A stretch of 64,000 nt of DNA from Octopus sinensis (GCF_006345805.1 NC_042998.1:190526001-190590000), one strand, 5' to 3'; shown: positions 51,491-63,349, numbered from the stretch's first letter. Numbers and translations: made by a program. The notes: generated from the letters alone by a model not told the origin.

Positions 51491-51720
51491 CTAAACACAG
51501 AAGTAATTTTTAGCAAGATTATATAATATTTCAACAGTAATTATATAATCCTGGTAGTAATTTAACGAAAGATGTTTAAATTTTATGAAGCATAAAATAT
51601 TATGTTTTCCATATTATATTTATATAATGCTGTATGTATGTATGTATGTATGTATGTATGTATGTATGTATGTATGTATGTATGTATGTATGTATGTATG
51701 CATGTATGTACGTATGTATG

Positions 51721-52111
51721 TCGAGAGGGGCATCGCTGTTACACTTCCAGAAAGGAAGGGTCTTCCTTTGATGCTGACATGCAATGTCTGTGCAAGACCC
51801 TGCCTCAGTAGGGCTGGACTCAAGAGTCATCTTCGTAGTCATAAAACGAGACAGATGAGTGACAACCTGGCCACTGGTGGTGGTGTAACACACCATACTA
51901 ATCATATCTGTCGGGCATGTGGAAGAGAGTGTAATTCGGCAGGAGGACTTAAATGACATGCAAAGGTACATGAAGCCCAGTTACAACTACAGCCGGCTAT
52001 TACCAGTAAAGGTTTAGGTTGCCAATTTTGTACAAGACATTGTAGATCTTTGGCTGGGCTAAAAAGTCACATTTGAACACAGCACCAGTAACAGTTAAGC
52101 TTCGTGCAATG
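51721..52111 (+). mobile_element. Second copy of the three-zinc-finger RTE-like 3' fragment
   Basis: Homologous to 47694-48060; preceded by (TATG)n. Confidence 0.75.
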
Positions 52112-52580
52112 GCCATACTCGATACTTATGTTAACATCTGCTGGGCAACTAATTTCCACAACTGTGCACAGTTTCTCTTCTTTATCCCAAATCATTATAT
52201 CAGGTCTGTTGTGCTTACATTTTATTGAGGTCTGGTACATTCCACCAGTATTCCTTTTCATTATGAGTGGCTATGGCTTCTACCATATTGTGGGTTCTTA
52301 TTTCTTTGTCCTCGGGATTGTCCTTCCGACAGATTTCATTTACAACGTCATGTCACATCGGTAGGTAATACCGTGGTGACCTTTTCGGACAACTGTTTAT
52401 GATGTGGGTGATATCTTCAGTGTGAACTCCACAAAGTCTGCATCGGTTGTCACATTTTATGGCTTTTCCTGCATCTCTATCCCTTTTGTGCATCAAGTAC
52501 TTGGTTGATATTTCCTGTTCCTGGATTGCAAACGCATACTCTTCAAAGTGGGAGGTAGAAATCCGTCTATACGTCCATGA
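52100..52580 (-). mobile_element. R4/NeSL-like LINE fragment (CCHC knuckle + RLE)
   Basis: FAIQEQEISTKY, CRLCGVHTEDITHIINSC, HNRPDIMIWDKEEKLCTVVEISCP. Confidence 0.8.
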
Positions 52581-52628
52581 TAAATTGCTTTGATGATCGA
52601 TGTTACTATCACGTCTGTCTGTCTGTCC

Positions 52629-52685
<57 letters not shown>

Positions 52686-53254
52686 CCTGCCTGTCTGTCT
52701 GTCTCTATGTATGTATATATGTATTTATGCATGTATGTGTATTTAACACGTTGGTGTACACACGGACTTGGAACAACCTTCTCTGTGAAAATTACCTCGG
52801 GTGTAAAATTCCTCTTGTTGACAATGTGTAGAAACACAACACTGGACTACAAAAAACGTCATGGGGTCGTAATACAAATAACGTCATGAGGTCGGTGTTT
52901 CTATCTCGTTACGCGTCATCAGCTATGACACGTAGTTTATGGTTCACAGCCAACTAAGAAACAATCATTCTTATATTCAAACAGCAAACTGTACATTTGC
53001 TATGCGTACAAGGCTTAATAAAACTGGAATTCATTAAGTAGAGGCGACCCAAACAGCATTAACTGAAATATATGCGTGTGCAAGCCCGTATATTTAACAC
53101 GTTCACAGTCCAGTAATGCGCTGTCACATGCCTTACTTATAAGGACAATTTCCATATCGAAGCTCTTTCCACGTCCAAGTGTGTGTGTGTGCGAGTGTAT
53201 ATGTATGTGTGTATATGTGTACACACGCACATACACACATGCATGCGCACACAC

Positions 53255-53495
53255 CTGCACACGCACACATCTGCACGCGCACACACCTGCACGCGCACAC
53301 ACCTGCACGCGCACACATCTGCACGCGCACACACCTGCACGCGCACACACCTGCACGCGCACACACCTGCACGCGCACACACCTGCACGCGCATACACCT
53401 GCACGCGCACACACACCTGCACGCGCACACACCTGCACGCGCACACACCTGCACGCGCACACACCTGCACGCGCACACACCTGCACGCGCACACA
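53255..53495. repeat. 18-bp minisatellite (ACACCTGCACGCGCACAC)n
   Basis: About 13 near-perfect units. Confidence 0.9.
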
Positions 53496-53710
53496 TACAT
53501 AAATGTGTGTGTGCTTGTGTTTACACACATATATAATGTTTTAGTTAATTAAACTACGATCATAGAAAAGTTACATCTTCATTGTCGACGGTTCTAAGTT
53601 TGGGCTAAAATTCTTTCATGTATAGCCTTGGGTATATGATTCTTCATGCTTCATATCGCTAGTTGCTGTACCAGCAAGTTGATGGAAGCTGCTCTGGTTT
53701 TATCTTATAG

Positions 53711-53742
53711 AGTTCTTCAGATGGTTACCTGGGACACGAGAA
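53711..53742 (+). other. Candidate 32-nt micro-exon
   Basis: TTTTATCTTATAG| ... GAA|GTAAGT; open in all three frames. Confidence 0.3.
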
Positions 53743-54218
53743 GTAAGTGTATATGGCCATCCTTTAAAATTATCTGTGGAAACTTTGGTTGTTTTTTTTA
53801 TCTTTTCAGATGATAGTTATATAGTCGCGTGCCTATAAATATCAAATTGTTACAGTATTGGTTTCTGATACCATGTGATGAAGGAGATTCGGGGATCTGT
53901 CAGTTCTTCCCATTATTCTTGTACAGGATCGATACAATAAGTACCAATTACGTATTAGGATCGATTCAATCGAATACAGTAACCTCCTCTCAGGATGCGT
54001 GGTTTTGTGCCAATAAAAGAAATCATTGAATATTAAGACGGCGGACTGACACAAACGGTATGTGTGACAGAATCTGTATTTAGTTACATTCTTGTCTTTT
54101 CTGTGATCAATTCCTGTCGAGGTAAACTTTGCCCCTTTCATTATTCCAAAGTCGGTTAAATCAGTACTACTTAAGTACTGTGGTTGAAACAAGCTTTTTG
54201 ACCATGTGCCCATGTTAG

Positions 54219-54258
<40 letters not shown>

Positions 54259-54299
54259 TCGTATACACACGACAGATTAGACTGTTGGAAAAGAAAAAT

Positions 54300-54454
54300 T
54301 CATAACATCGGGTTACCTTAGATGCCAAGAACCTTTCCAAGTATCCTAGCTGTCCCTAATAACACTGTTTTCTGTAGCTGTACTAAACTGGGTTTTATGC
54401 CTATTTCCTCTATCCATCTGTTCAAATATTTAGGGATAGTTCCTGTTATTATTA
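54300..54454 (-). mobile_element. R4-like 3' terminal fragment, second subfamily
   Basis: GTIPKYLNRWIEEIGIKPSLVQLQKTVLLGTARILGKVLGI*. Confidence 0.75.
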
Positions 54455-55244
54455 TTATTTTATGTTTGACTTCTGCTTTGCATTTGTACAAGTTGGCTCC
54501 AAGTCTCACCCAGAAACTTCAAGAGACAACAAGTTAGAAGTTCATGCTGGTGTTATGCTTAGGGTGCCATGTATTTGGTTTTGTACATAGTATTGTTCTA
54601 GAGAATGTTTAAGAAACCATAAGAAAATTATGTTTGTTTTAAAATTTGAGATTACATAGTATTTTACGTAGAATATGGGCAGTTATTATACGTAGGATAT
54701 GAGCACTATCTTTTGAGTTTCTGCCATTTTGGTGCTTCCTGGTATCTGAGTTAGATAGCAATCAGTCCCTTTTGCTATCATTCCCAGGGCACCTATGACA
54801 ACAGTTACTGTTTTAGTCTTCAGATTCCACATTTTGCTAATTTCTATTTCAAGATCTTTATATTTGCTCAGTTTCTGGTAGGTCTTGACAGGTACGTTTA
54901 TACCGATTGGGACAGTCATATCAATGAGGAGGCATGATTTTTGTTTGAAGTCTTTCAATATGATGTCTGGCCTATTTGCATCTATCTTTCTGTCAGTTTG
55001 AATGGTGAAGTTCCAGAGGAGTGAGATCTGACCATTTTCAAGCACCAGAGGTGGTTTGTGTTACCACCTGTTTTTATCATAGGGCAAGTCCAGGCTTTTG
55101 CAAATTACCCAGTGAATATATTGTGCAGCTCTATCATGCTTGTTGAGATACTCTGTAGGCGCAAGAAGACTGCACTTGGATACAACCTGATCAATGGTTT
55201 CATTTTATTGTTGACATGTTGGGCTAGTTTAATATGTTAATCAA

Positions 55245-55245
<1 letters not shown>
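54455..55245 (-). mobile_element. 5'-truncated R4/Dong-like LINE between (TAA)n tracts
   Basis: HDRAAQYIHW, LLWNFTIQTDRKIDANRPDII, YQKLSKYKDLEIEI; 3' UTR matches 25400-25545. Confidence 0.85.
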
Positions 55246-55282
<37 letters not shown>

Positions 55283-55486
55283 TAGCATTCTCGTGACAAA
55301 AATTCCGACAATTAATCACAGAAAAATGGCACATCACATCAACACAATGGGGAAAAAACTATTAATAATTATCAGCAATACATATACACTTGAAGAATAA
55401 GATGTAATGTCTCGGTTGAAAATATCACAGACATAATATATATTTGTGTATACACAAACACACATACTTACACACATGTATGTATG

Positions 55487-55555
<69 letters not shown>

Positions 55556-55679
55556 TTATTTATGTACATCTATGTATGTGCATACATATGAATGTGTCAA
55601 TGCATGAACGTGTACGCACGCGCGTTTGCTTAAACGTTTCAGATCGATAAAACCATTTAATTATAATGTTTGTGCCTCT

Positions 55680-55753
55680 CCGTGTGTGTGTGTATGCGCG
55701 CGCGCGCGCGCGCGCGTGTGTGTGTGTGTGTATGCGCGCGCGCGCGCGCGCGC

Positions 55754-55797
<44 letters not shown>
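55680..55797. repeat. (GT)n-(GC)n alternating purine-pyrimidine tract, duplicated
   Basis: Two ATG(CG)n runs separated by GT repeats. Confidence 0.9.
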
Positions 55798-55804
<7 letters not shown>

Positions 55805-56170
55805 ATAAATATAAACGATGAAAAATTTAATGTCATGCAAATACTGTTGGCTTCAGAGCTCACTACAGTTCGCCTGCATTTAAGCCGCCTCAGACTGCCA
55901 CTCCGTTTGTTCTACTCCTCTTTCCCTAGCGTCTTGGGAGCAAAGCCTTTAAATATTGTCGGTTTAAATTAGCATCTCACACCACCACGCACTCCATTTC
56001 GGTCTATTGTTTTACTATTCTCTCCCTACAGCGTACACCGTGACCGACAGGGCCACTAATAAGCGTTTTATTATATTACAAGATTATTAGGGCGGTGAAG
56101 AGCGGATTACCAGAACCGGCTGTTCGATGGCCAAATGTTGTAGTATTCAGTTATGAACCCGCGATAGGCG

Positions 56171-56580
56171 CAGGAGTGGCTGTGTGGTAAGTAGCTTGCT
56201 AACCAACCACATGGTTCCGGGTTCAGTCCCACTGCGTGGCATCTTGGGCAAGTGTCTTCTGCTATAGCCCCGGGCCGACCAATGCCTTGTGAGTGGATTT
56301 GGTAGACGGAAACTGAAAGAAGCCTGTCGTATATATGTATATATATGTATGTGTGTGTATGTGTTTGTGTCTCTGTTTGTCCCCCTAGCATTGCTTGACA
56401 ACCGATGCTGGTGTGTTTACGTCCCCGTCACTTAGCGGTTCGGCAGTAGAGACCGATAGAATAAGTACTGGGCTTACAAAAGAATAAGTCCCGGGGTCGA
56501 TTTGCTCGACTAAAAGGCGGTGCTCCAGCATGGCCGCAGTCAAATGACCGAAACATGTAAAAGAGTAAAAGAGTAAGAGA
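56171..56580 (+). mobile_element. Family 3 SINE; a 5' half copy follows at 56676-56840
   Basis: Matches 17634-18019. Confidence 0.85.
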
Positions 56581-56835
56581 GTTATGCCTTGTGTATATGT
56601 GTGTATGTTTGTGTATTTGCACACACATACACACACACACACACACATACATACACACACACACTTACACACAGAGGCGTTGGTGTGGCTGTGTGGTAAG
56701 ACGCTTGCTTCCTAATCACGTGGGTCCGGGTTCAGTCCCACTGCATGGCACCTTGGGGAAGTGTCTTCTACTATAGTCTCAGGCCGATTAAAGCTTTGTG
56801 AGTGGATTTGGTAGACGGAAAGTGAAAGACACCCG

Positions 56836-56868
<33 letters not shown>

Positions 56869-56961
56869 TGTGTGATTATATATGTATATATATAATCACA
56901 CACACACACTCGATCCACCCCACACCCACACACACGCACACATTTATACACATATGCACAC

Positions 56962-57197
56962 ACCTGGAGTGTGCTGAAAAGTTCCAAGTGTCGGGTAAAA
57001 GAATATACACGAGAATTAGTTAATTGTGATTGTATTTGACATATCCCCATTTCAGATTCACACACTTATTGCAGCGGCCCTTCAGTTTTTTTAAGTCCTG
57101 TAGAAGAACTCGGAAGGTTAGGCCTCCAACAACACCCTTAAGGTTGGGCCTTTCACAGCACCCTTAAAGCCATGAACTTTTCAGCTCCGACCCCCCT
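56962..57197. mobile_element. Degenerate mariner-type MITE
   Basis: GTGCTGAAAAGTTCC at the left end and GAACTTTTCAGC at the right end. Confidence 0.55.
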
Positions 57198-57552
57198 ATA
57201 TATATATATATATATTTACTATATGTATATATAAATATTAAAAAATGGGACAATAAAACATCCTGACAGATAGACGATACAAAGGCAGACAGGAAAAACA
57301 ACAAATAGAGAGACAGGACAAAAAGGACGAGCCTTCTTTAATCAGTCAAGTTTCCAGATTGTCCTTACAGTTTCGAGCAATAACACTGGAGACTGTTCAA
57401 ATCTAGTTACCCCACCCAAGAGTCTAAGCTAAGAGCAATAGATTCTTTGTAAGAAAGCAAGCGAATGTGTACGACAACAAAGATGAAAAACGGAGAACAT
57501 GTTACACAATAACAAATACAAACAATAAGAATATAACAACAGGTGTCTTTCG

Positions 57553-57944
57553 ACTCTTTTACTCTTTTACTTGTTTCAGTCATTTGACTGTGGCCATGCT
57601 GGAGCACCGCCTTTAGTCGAGCAAATCGACCCCAGGACTTATTCTTTGTAAGCCAAGTACTTATTCTGTCGGTCTCTTTTGCCGAACCGCTAAGTTACGA
57701 GGACGTAAGCACACCAGCATCGGTTGTCAAGCGATGTTGGGGGGTGGGTGGACAAACGTATACACACACATAAATATACATATATACGACGGGCTTCTTT
57801 CAGTTTCCGTCTACCAAATCCACTCACAAAGCTTTGGTCAGCCCAAGGCTATAGTAGAAGACACTTGCCCAAAGTGCCACGCAGTGGGACTGAACCCGAA
57901 ACCATGTGGTTCGTAAGCAAGCTACTTACCACACAGCCACTCCT
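57553..57944 (-). mobile_element. Family 3 SINE inserted in the unclassified 1-kb repeat
   Basis: Reverse complement of family 3. Confidence 0.85.
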
Positions 57945-58415
57945 ACGACTAATGAGGACTAATCAATTTGACGTGTATCGAGTGAAAGACTTGAGGCAGG
58001 AACTTAGGAGATGGACATAAGTGATGTAAGCGGTCGGCTGTCAAGTCAAGATAGAATGAGAGAGGGGTGGGGGCAGAGAGATTGAAGGATTAGGGGAAGA
58101 ACGGGAAAGAGAGAAATTATCAAAGGGACAAGGAGAAAGGTACAAGGGAGATAAACGAGGAGGAAAAGTAGAAATTAAACAAAGAGAGAGCCAAAAATGT
58201 GAGAGAGGGGTATCGAGAGAAAAAGGAAAGAAGAAGAAAGTATGAGGGGGGAAGAAAAGACAGAGTAAAAGAATCGTACAAAATTTAGATACATACTTGC
58301 AAGGTGAGCAAAAGAGTACGCACGCCGCTATATGTATATATAAATATACCTGTTCACCTTTGTATCGTCTATCTGTCCGGATGTCTTATTGTCCTGTACT
58401 GCGTTTTTGTTCCAT

Positions 58416-58451
<36 letters not shown>

Positions 58452-58550
58452 ATATAATATATAATATATATATATATATGTGACCGCGTGTGTACCGTTG
58501 GCGATTCTTTTTCCTCTGTCTTCCTTTCTCTGGATCTTTCCTTCTCCTAT

Positions 58551-58585
58551 GTTTCCGACGAAGAGCTCCGCTCGAAACGTTAAAC
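58551..58585 (+). ncRNA. Minimal hammerhead motif, core CCGACGA, GUU site
   Basis: GTTT-CCGACGA-A-GAGC(TCC)GCTC-GAAA-CG-T-T-AAAC; the element 58476-58655 has (TA)n on both sides. Confidence 0.7.
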
Positions 58586-58648
58586 CCTCCTATATTTGTT
58601 CCACGTCCTCGCGCTGTTGTGTTTTTTTGTGCTTTCTTGTTTGGATTA

Positions 58649-58718
<70 letters not shown>

Positions 58719-59098
58719 TAATCATAAATAACTGATTCTCGTATATTTTCTTTTACCTAACACTTGGAACTTTTCAGCAAACACACTTCACGTGTGTGTT
58801 TGTGTGCGTGTGTGATTACATATGTGTGTGTTGAACTTTTTGTTTAAACTTTATGCTGGCGTTGCTTAGGACTTTGAATGCTTTAAGTCGTCAAAAAAAA
58901 AAACAAAAAAAAAAAACAATCGATGAGTGGAAAAATCGATAAACCGATTCCTTATGGGATTTCCCAATCAAATTGTCTGCAACCCATTCTCAGCCAAACG
59001 TTTACCAATTTCAATGGATTTCGTTCAAATATGACGTCGGTGTAACTTAGTTTAGTTTGAAACAAAGCGCTTGGTTAGCTTAATAATCCTAACTTAAT

Positions 59099-59126
59099 CC
59101 CGGGCAACGCCGGGCTAAACTGCTAA
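59099..59126 (+). mobile_element. Helitron-like 3' terminus (hairpin + CTAA)
   Basis: CCCGG-GCAACG-CCGGG-CTAAACTG-CTAA|T, same layout as 31682 and 45888; upstream body differs. Confidence 0.6.
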
Positions 59127-59168
59127 TATATATATATATATATATGTGCGTGTGTGTGTGTGCGTGTA

Positions 59169-59243
<75 letters not shown>

Positions 59244-59608
59244 GTATATATACATAAATTTCCTTTTTGGATTTGGTTTGCAAGATTCTTTATATGAGTT
59301 CGTGTGTGAAAGCAAATTCTGTTGTGTCTGGGGAGAGTCATTTTCTTTTTGTGCCTTATAATTTAACACATTCACCGGTAAAATTTCCACTTATTTCTTA
59401 TTTTTATTTTCCTAAAATTCATTATTTTGAAAAAGTTGCAAGACGCAACGAAAATTTCAGGAAAATAAAAGTAAGAAATAAGTGGAAATTTTACCGGTGA
59501 GTGTGTTGAATTATAAGGCACAAAAAGAAAATGATTCTCCCCAGACAGAACAGTATAAACATAAATACATACATACACGCATACACACACACACACACAC
59601 ACACACAC

Positions 59609-59650
<42 letters not shown>

Positions 59651-60262
59651 ATATATATATATATGTATATATATGAATATATAGAAAATGCAAATTCGTA
59701 AATATAATATTTGCTGTTTTTTAAGTTTTGGCATTCAACTAGATACAAGAATGGTCAATCCTTTCTTTTACTTCTTATCAGATTAGTATTAGCCAAATAT
59801 TAAAAGTTGGCTTTAATTCAAATTTGTTAAATGACAATGTGAGATCTTATGTTTTGAACGTTTCTGCAAAACAAAAGTTATATTTATAGATTAATCATGA
59901 AAGACAACTCATTTCTGTTATAAAGTGGAAATAAAATACAACATAAAAGTCATGGAAAAATTTCATCTGAATTCCAACATAATGATAGATGAACCTATAA
60001 ACCATATGAACCTATGGCTTTCGAATCTATAACTTACTTGAAGTTGGCCTGAAATTTCTAACACTTTGGTTGTAAAAACACTGCGCAACATGAACTGTTC
60101 ATGGGTCAAAGATAAAAGTTAAGGAAAAATCTTAAATATACGGGTATTTCGAGGTTGGTAGTGTGTTAGAAATATTAGAAGTTTAGAATATGTGTTGTGC
60201 AATAGCTGAGTCTATACCTCAATATCTCTGTTTCGATATATGTTTATAATATATATATATGT

Positions 60263-60478
60263 TTCTTCATTACCCACAAGGGGCTAAACATAGAGGCGAC
60301 AAACAAGAACAGACAAACGGATTAAGTCGACCCCAGTGCGTAACTGGTACTTAATTTATCGACCCCGAAAGGATGAAAGGCAAAGTCGACCTCGGCGGAA
60401 TTTGAACTCAGAACGTAACGGCAGACGAAATACGGCTACGCATTTCGCCCGGCGTGCTAACGGTTCTGCCAGCTCACC
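60263..60478 (-). mobile_element. Family 1 SINE monomer
   Basis: Reverse complement of family 1, with a small internal deletion. Confidence 0.85.
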
Positions 60479-61093
60479 ATATATAGACACACCACTGGCG
60501 TAGAAAAATGTCCTGTTTTTTCCTTCACAAAGCAGCGACCATGCTGTGCAGCCTAACACACTGGGCCATTAAATACAAATTCCAGTTCTTTGAGTAGATT
60601 TATTGAAGTTCTTGCTGTTGTATGTATTCCAACTAGATTTCTATTCTCTCTTTGTGCTCACGTGGTAATGGTTTTCCTGTAATCATTGACGCGATGATGT
60701 TCAAGTTTGATATCAGCAGCATATGTTTGATCAGTATGTAAAAGTATCTGTAATATTCTGGAATATTGGTAGCCCTCTCATTCACTGACTCACTGTATCC
60801 GACCTTTGACATACCTACATCAAAAAGTTTTGTCATATCACAAGTTAGTAAGAAAATTACGGTATTATTTTACCTGCTAGAAATAACAACTAACTGTCCT
60901 TCAAACAAACCCCTTACTAGTTGAAACCATAAAAGTGCATCTTACATTATGTAATTATAGATATATTACAGGGGAATGATGGAACACCGGAGAATAATAC
61001 CCATAAGGAAACCTTAATGTGGTCATCTGACTCAATAGAAATATTAGCAGAATTCCCTGTAATCACACCAAATGTCTTGAAAAAGGAATAGTT

Positions 61094-61722
61094 AGTTAAG
61101 TTAGTTAATTTTTTAGCTCAAAAAGCAAAAAGCAAGGCCATGTAGGGAGACATGGAATTATGTACAGGGTGGTGTAAAAAGTTCAGGCCAATTGTGGTCA
61201 AGGGAGACTTTGAACCGAGCGGTCGTCGGCATCTTCACTATCTCGTCCGGCAGCTTATTCCACGGATCCGCAACCCGGACGGAGAAAGTCCCTCTCCTTC
61301 GATTGAGATGAAATCGTCGCAGATAGAGCTTTTCTGAGTGACCCTGCAGCCGACGCTCTGGAGCAGGACTGAAGAACAGCTCTTTCGAGAGGTTACACTT
61401 TCCGCTTATGATGTTGTGAGCAAGAATGAGATCACCACGGCGTCGTCTTTTTTCCAGAGAATAAAGGTCGAGCGTCTTCAGCCTTTCTTCATAAGGCAAA
61501 TGCTTGAGACCAAGAACCATGCGGGTAGCCAGCTTCTGGACTCTTTCGAGATGCTGTATGTCTTTGTGGAGATAAAGACAAGAGGCTTGAATCCCGTACT
61601 CCAATATGGGTCTCACCAGCGTGACATAGAGCGGTAGGAATATGGCTGCTGTGAGCATTCCGAATGACCGTCGAATCAAAAACAGAACTCCGCGTGCTTT
61701 GTTGGCTGTAGACTCAATGGGC
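61094..61722 (-). mobile_element. CR1-clade LINE 3' portion
   Basis: 173-aa ORF: LYVTLVRPILEY, LERVQKLATRMV.GLKHLPYEERLKTLDLYSLEKRRRRGDLI, FSVRVADPWNKLP. Confidence 0.9.
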
Positions 61723-61975
61723 TACAAAAAATAAAGACAGACAAACACATACGCTTAAACACACGAATAAACAGGCCGTACAGCGTGCTCGGTATACCTA
61801 AATATGCAAATAAGGTGGGATGGTCAGAGTTGGAATACCTTTGGTCATATGCCTGCTTAATCAAAACCGACCAGTAATGTTTTTTTACGGACGTTAACTT
61901 CTACATTCAGATCTAAGTATACTTTGCCTCCCAGTTCAGTAGAATAAGTATCACTACTATATGATGCATCGCTGA

Positions 61976-62207
61976 AAAGGCGGCGAGCTGGCAAAAACGT
62001 TAGCACGCCGGTGAAATGCGTAGCCGTATTTCGCCTGCCATTATGTTCTGAGTTCAAATTCCGCCGAGGTCGACTTTGCCTTTCATCTTTTCGGGGTCGA
62101 TAAATTAAGTACCAGTTACGCACTGGGATCGATGTAATCGACTTAATCCCTTTGTCTGTCTTTGTTTGTCCCCTCTATGTTTAGCCCCTTGTGGGCAATA
62201 AAGAAAT
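61976..62207 (+). mobile_element. Family 1 SINE monomer
   Basis: Full head, body and GGCAATAAAGAAATA tail. Confidence 0.85.
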
Positions 62208-62734
62208 ATATATAATGCCTCTCTATTATACTAAGAGTCATTTTAATCTATCGTACTTCTTCCCTACAAAAGCAAACACACGCACATACACAGACTTAAT
62301 TATAAATAATCTTTTGGTACTACGACTGCTGAACTGAAAAGGTAGAACATATTGGAATGTAAAAGGAATGAGCGATGAGAAGACTGACGAGAAAACTGAG
62401 ACCACTTCTGTTGCTATGATAGAATAAGGGATCGAAACCATTAAGCTGACACCTGGAATCAGAGAAAACTGGTGATGGTCTGTATCAGCAAGGGTCAGCA
62501 GTCCCTACTAAAGTTGAAGACCCGCTGAGGTCGACTTTACCTTTCATCCATCCGTGGTCGATAAAATAAGTTACAGTTGAACACTGAGACCAAGGTAGTC
62601 AATTTACCCCCACCCCCAACTCCCTGAAATTGGTGGCCTCGTGCCAAAATTAGAAACCACTATTAAAGTTGAAGACCTACCGAGGTCGACTTTGCTTTTC
62701 ATCTTTTCGGAGTCAATAAAATAAGTACCAGTTT

Positions 62735-62939
62735 ACTCTTTTACTCTTTTACTTGTTTCAGTCATTTGACTGCGGCCATGCTGGAGCACCGCCATTAGTC
62801 GAGCAAATCGACTCCGGGACTTATTCTTTGTAAGCCCAGTACTTATTCTATCGGTCTCTTTTGCCGAACCGCTAAGTGACGGGGACGTAAACACACCAGC
62901 ATCGGTTGTCAAGCAATGCTAGGGGGACAAACAGACACA

Positions 62940-62983
<44 letters not shown>

Positions 62984-63145
62984 CATATATACGACAGGCT
63001 TCTTTCAGTTTCCGTCTACCAAATCCACTCACAAGGCATTGGTCGGCCCGGGGCTATAGTAGAAGACACTTGCCCAAGATGCCACGCAGTGGGACTGAAC
63101 CCGGAACCATGTGGTTGGTTAGCAAGCTACTTACCACACAGCCAC
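62735..63145 (-). mobile_element. Family 3 SINE
   Basis: Reverse complement of 56171-56580. Confidence 0.85.
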
Positions 63146-63349
63146 TTTTGATTGACTAGCCTTTATAATCAAACGTTTTCTGTCCATGACCTGCTCGTCC
63201 ATGTTTACGATCGTGACCAGAACTATATTATTCTACACATCTCTTTTTATGACAGTAGAATGCGATTTGAAAGAAATCTGGGTGCTACTTCTAGCAAGTT
63301 GAGAAACCAATCAATAGTCTTCTGTTTGTCTCACGGTATTTGCATTTCT

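Noticed and set aside
2204-59748. Dozens of ORFs rich in YI, HT, CV, LS, RE or II repeats
   Set aside because: They are translations of (TA)n, (CA)n, (TACA)n, (GA)n, (TCTA)n and (TAA)n microsatellites, which lack stops in some frames.
60633-60836. 67-aa minus-strand ORF with a possible acceptor
   Set aside because: No homology recognised and no supporting neighbouring exon.
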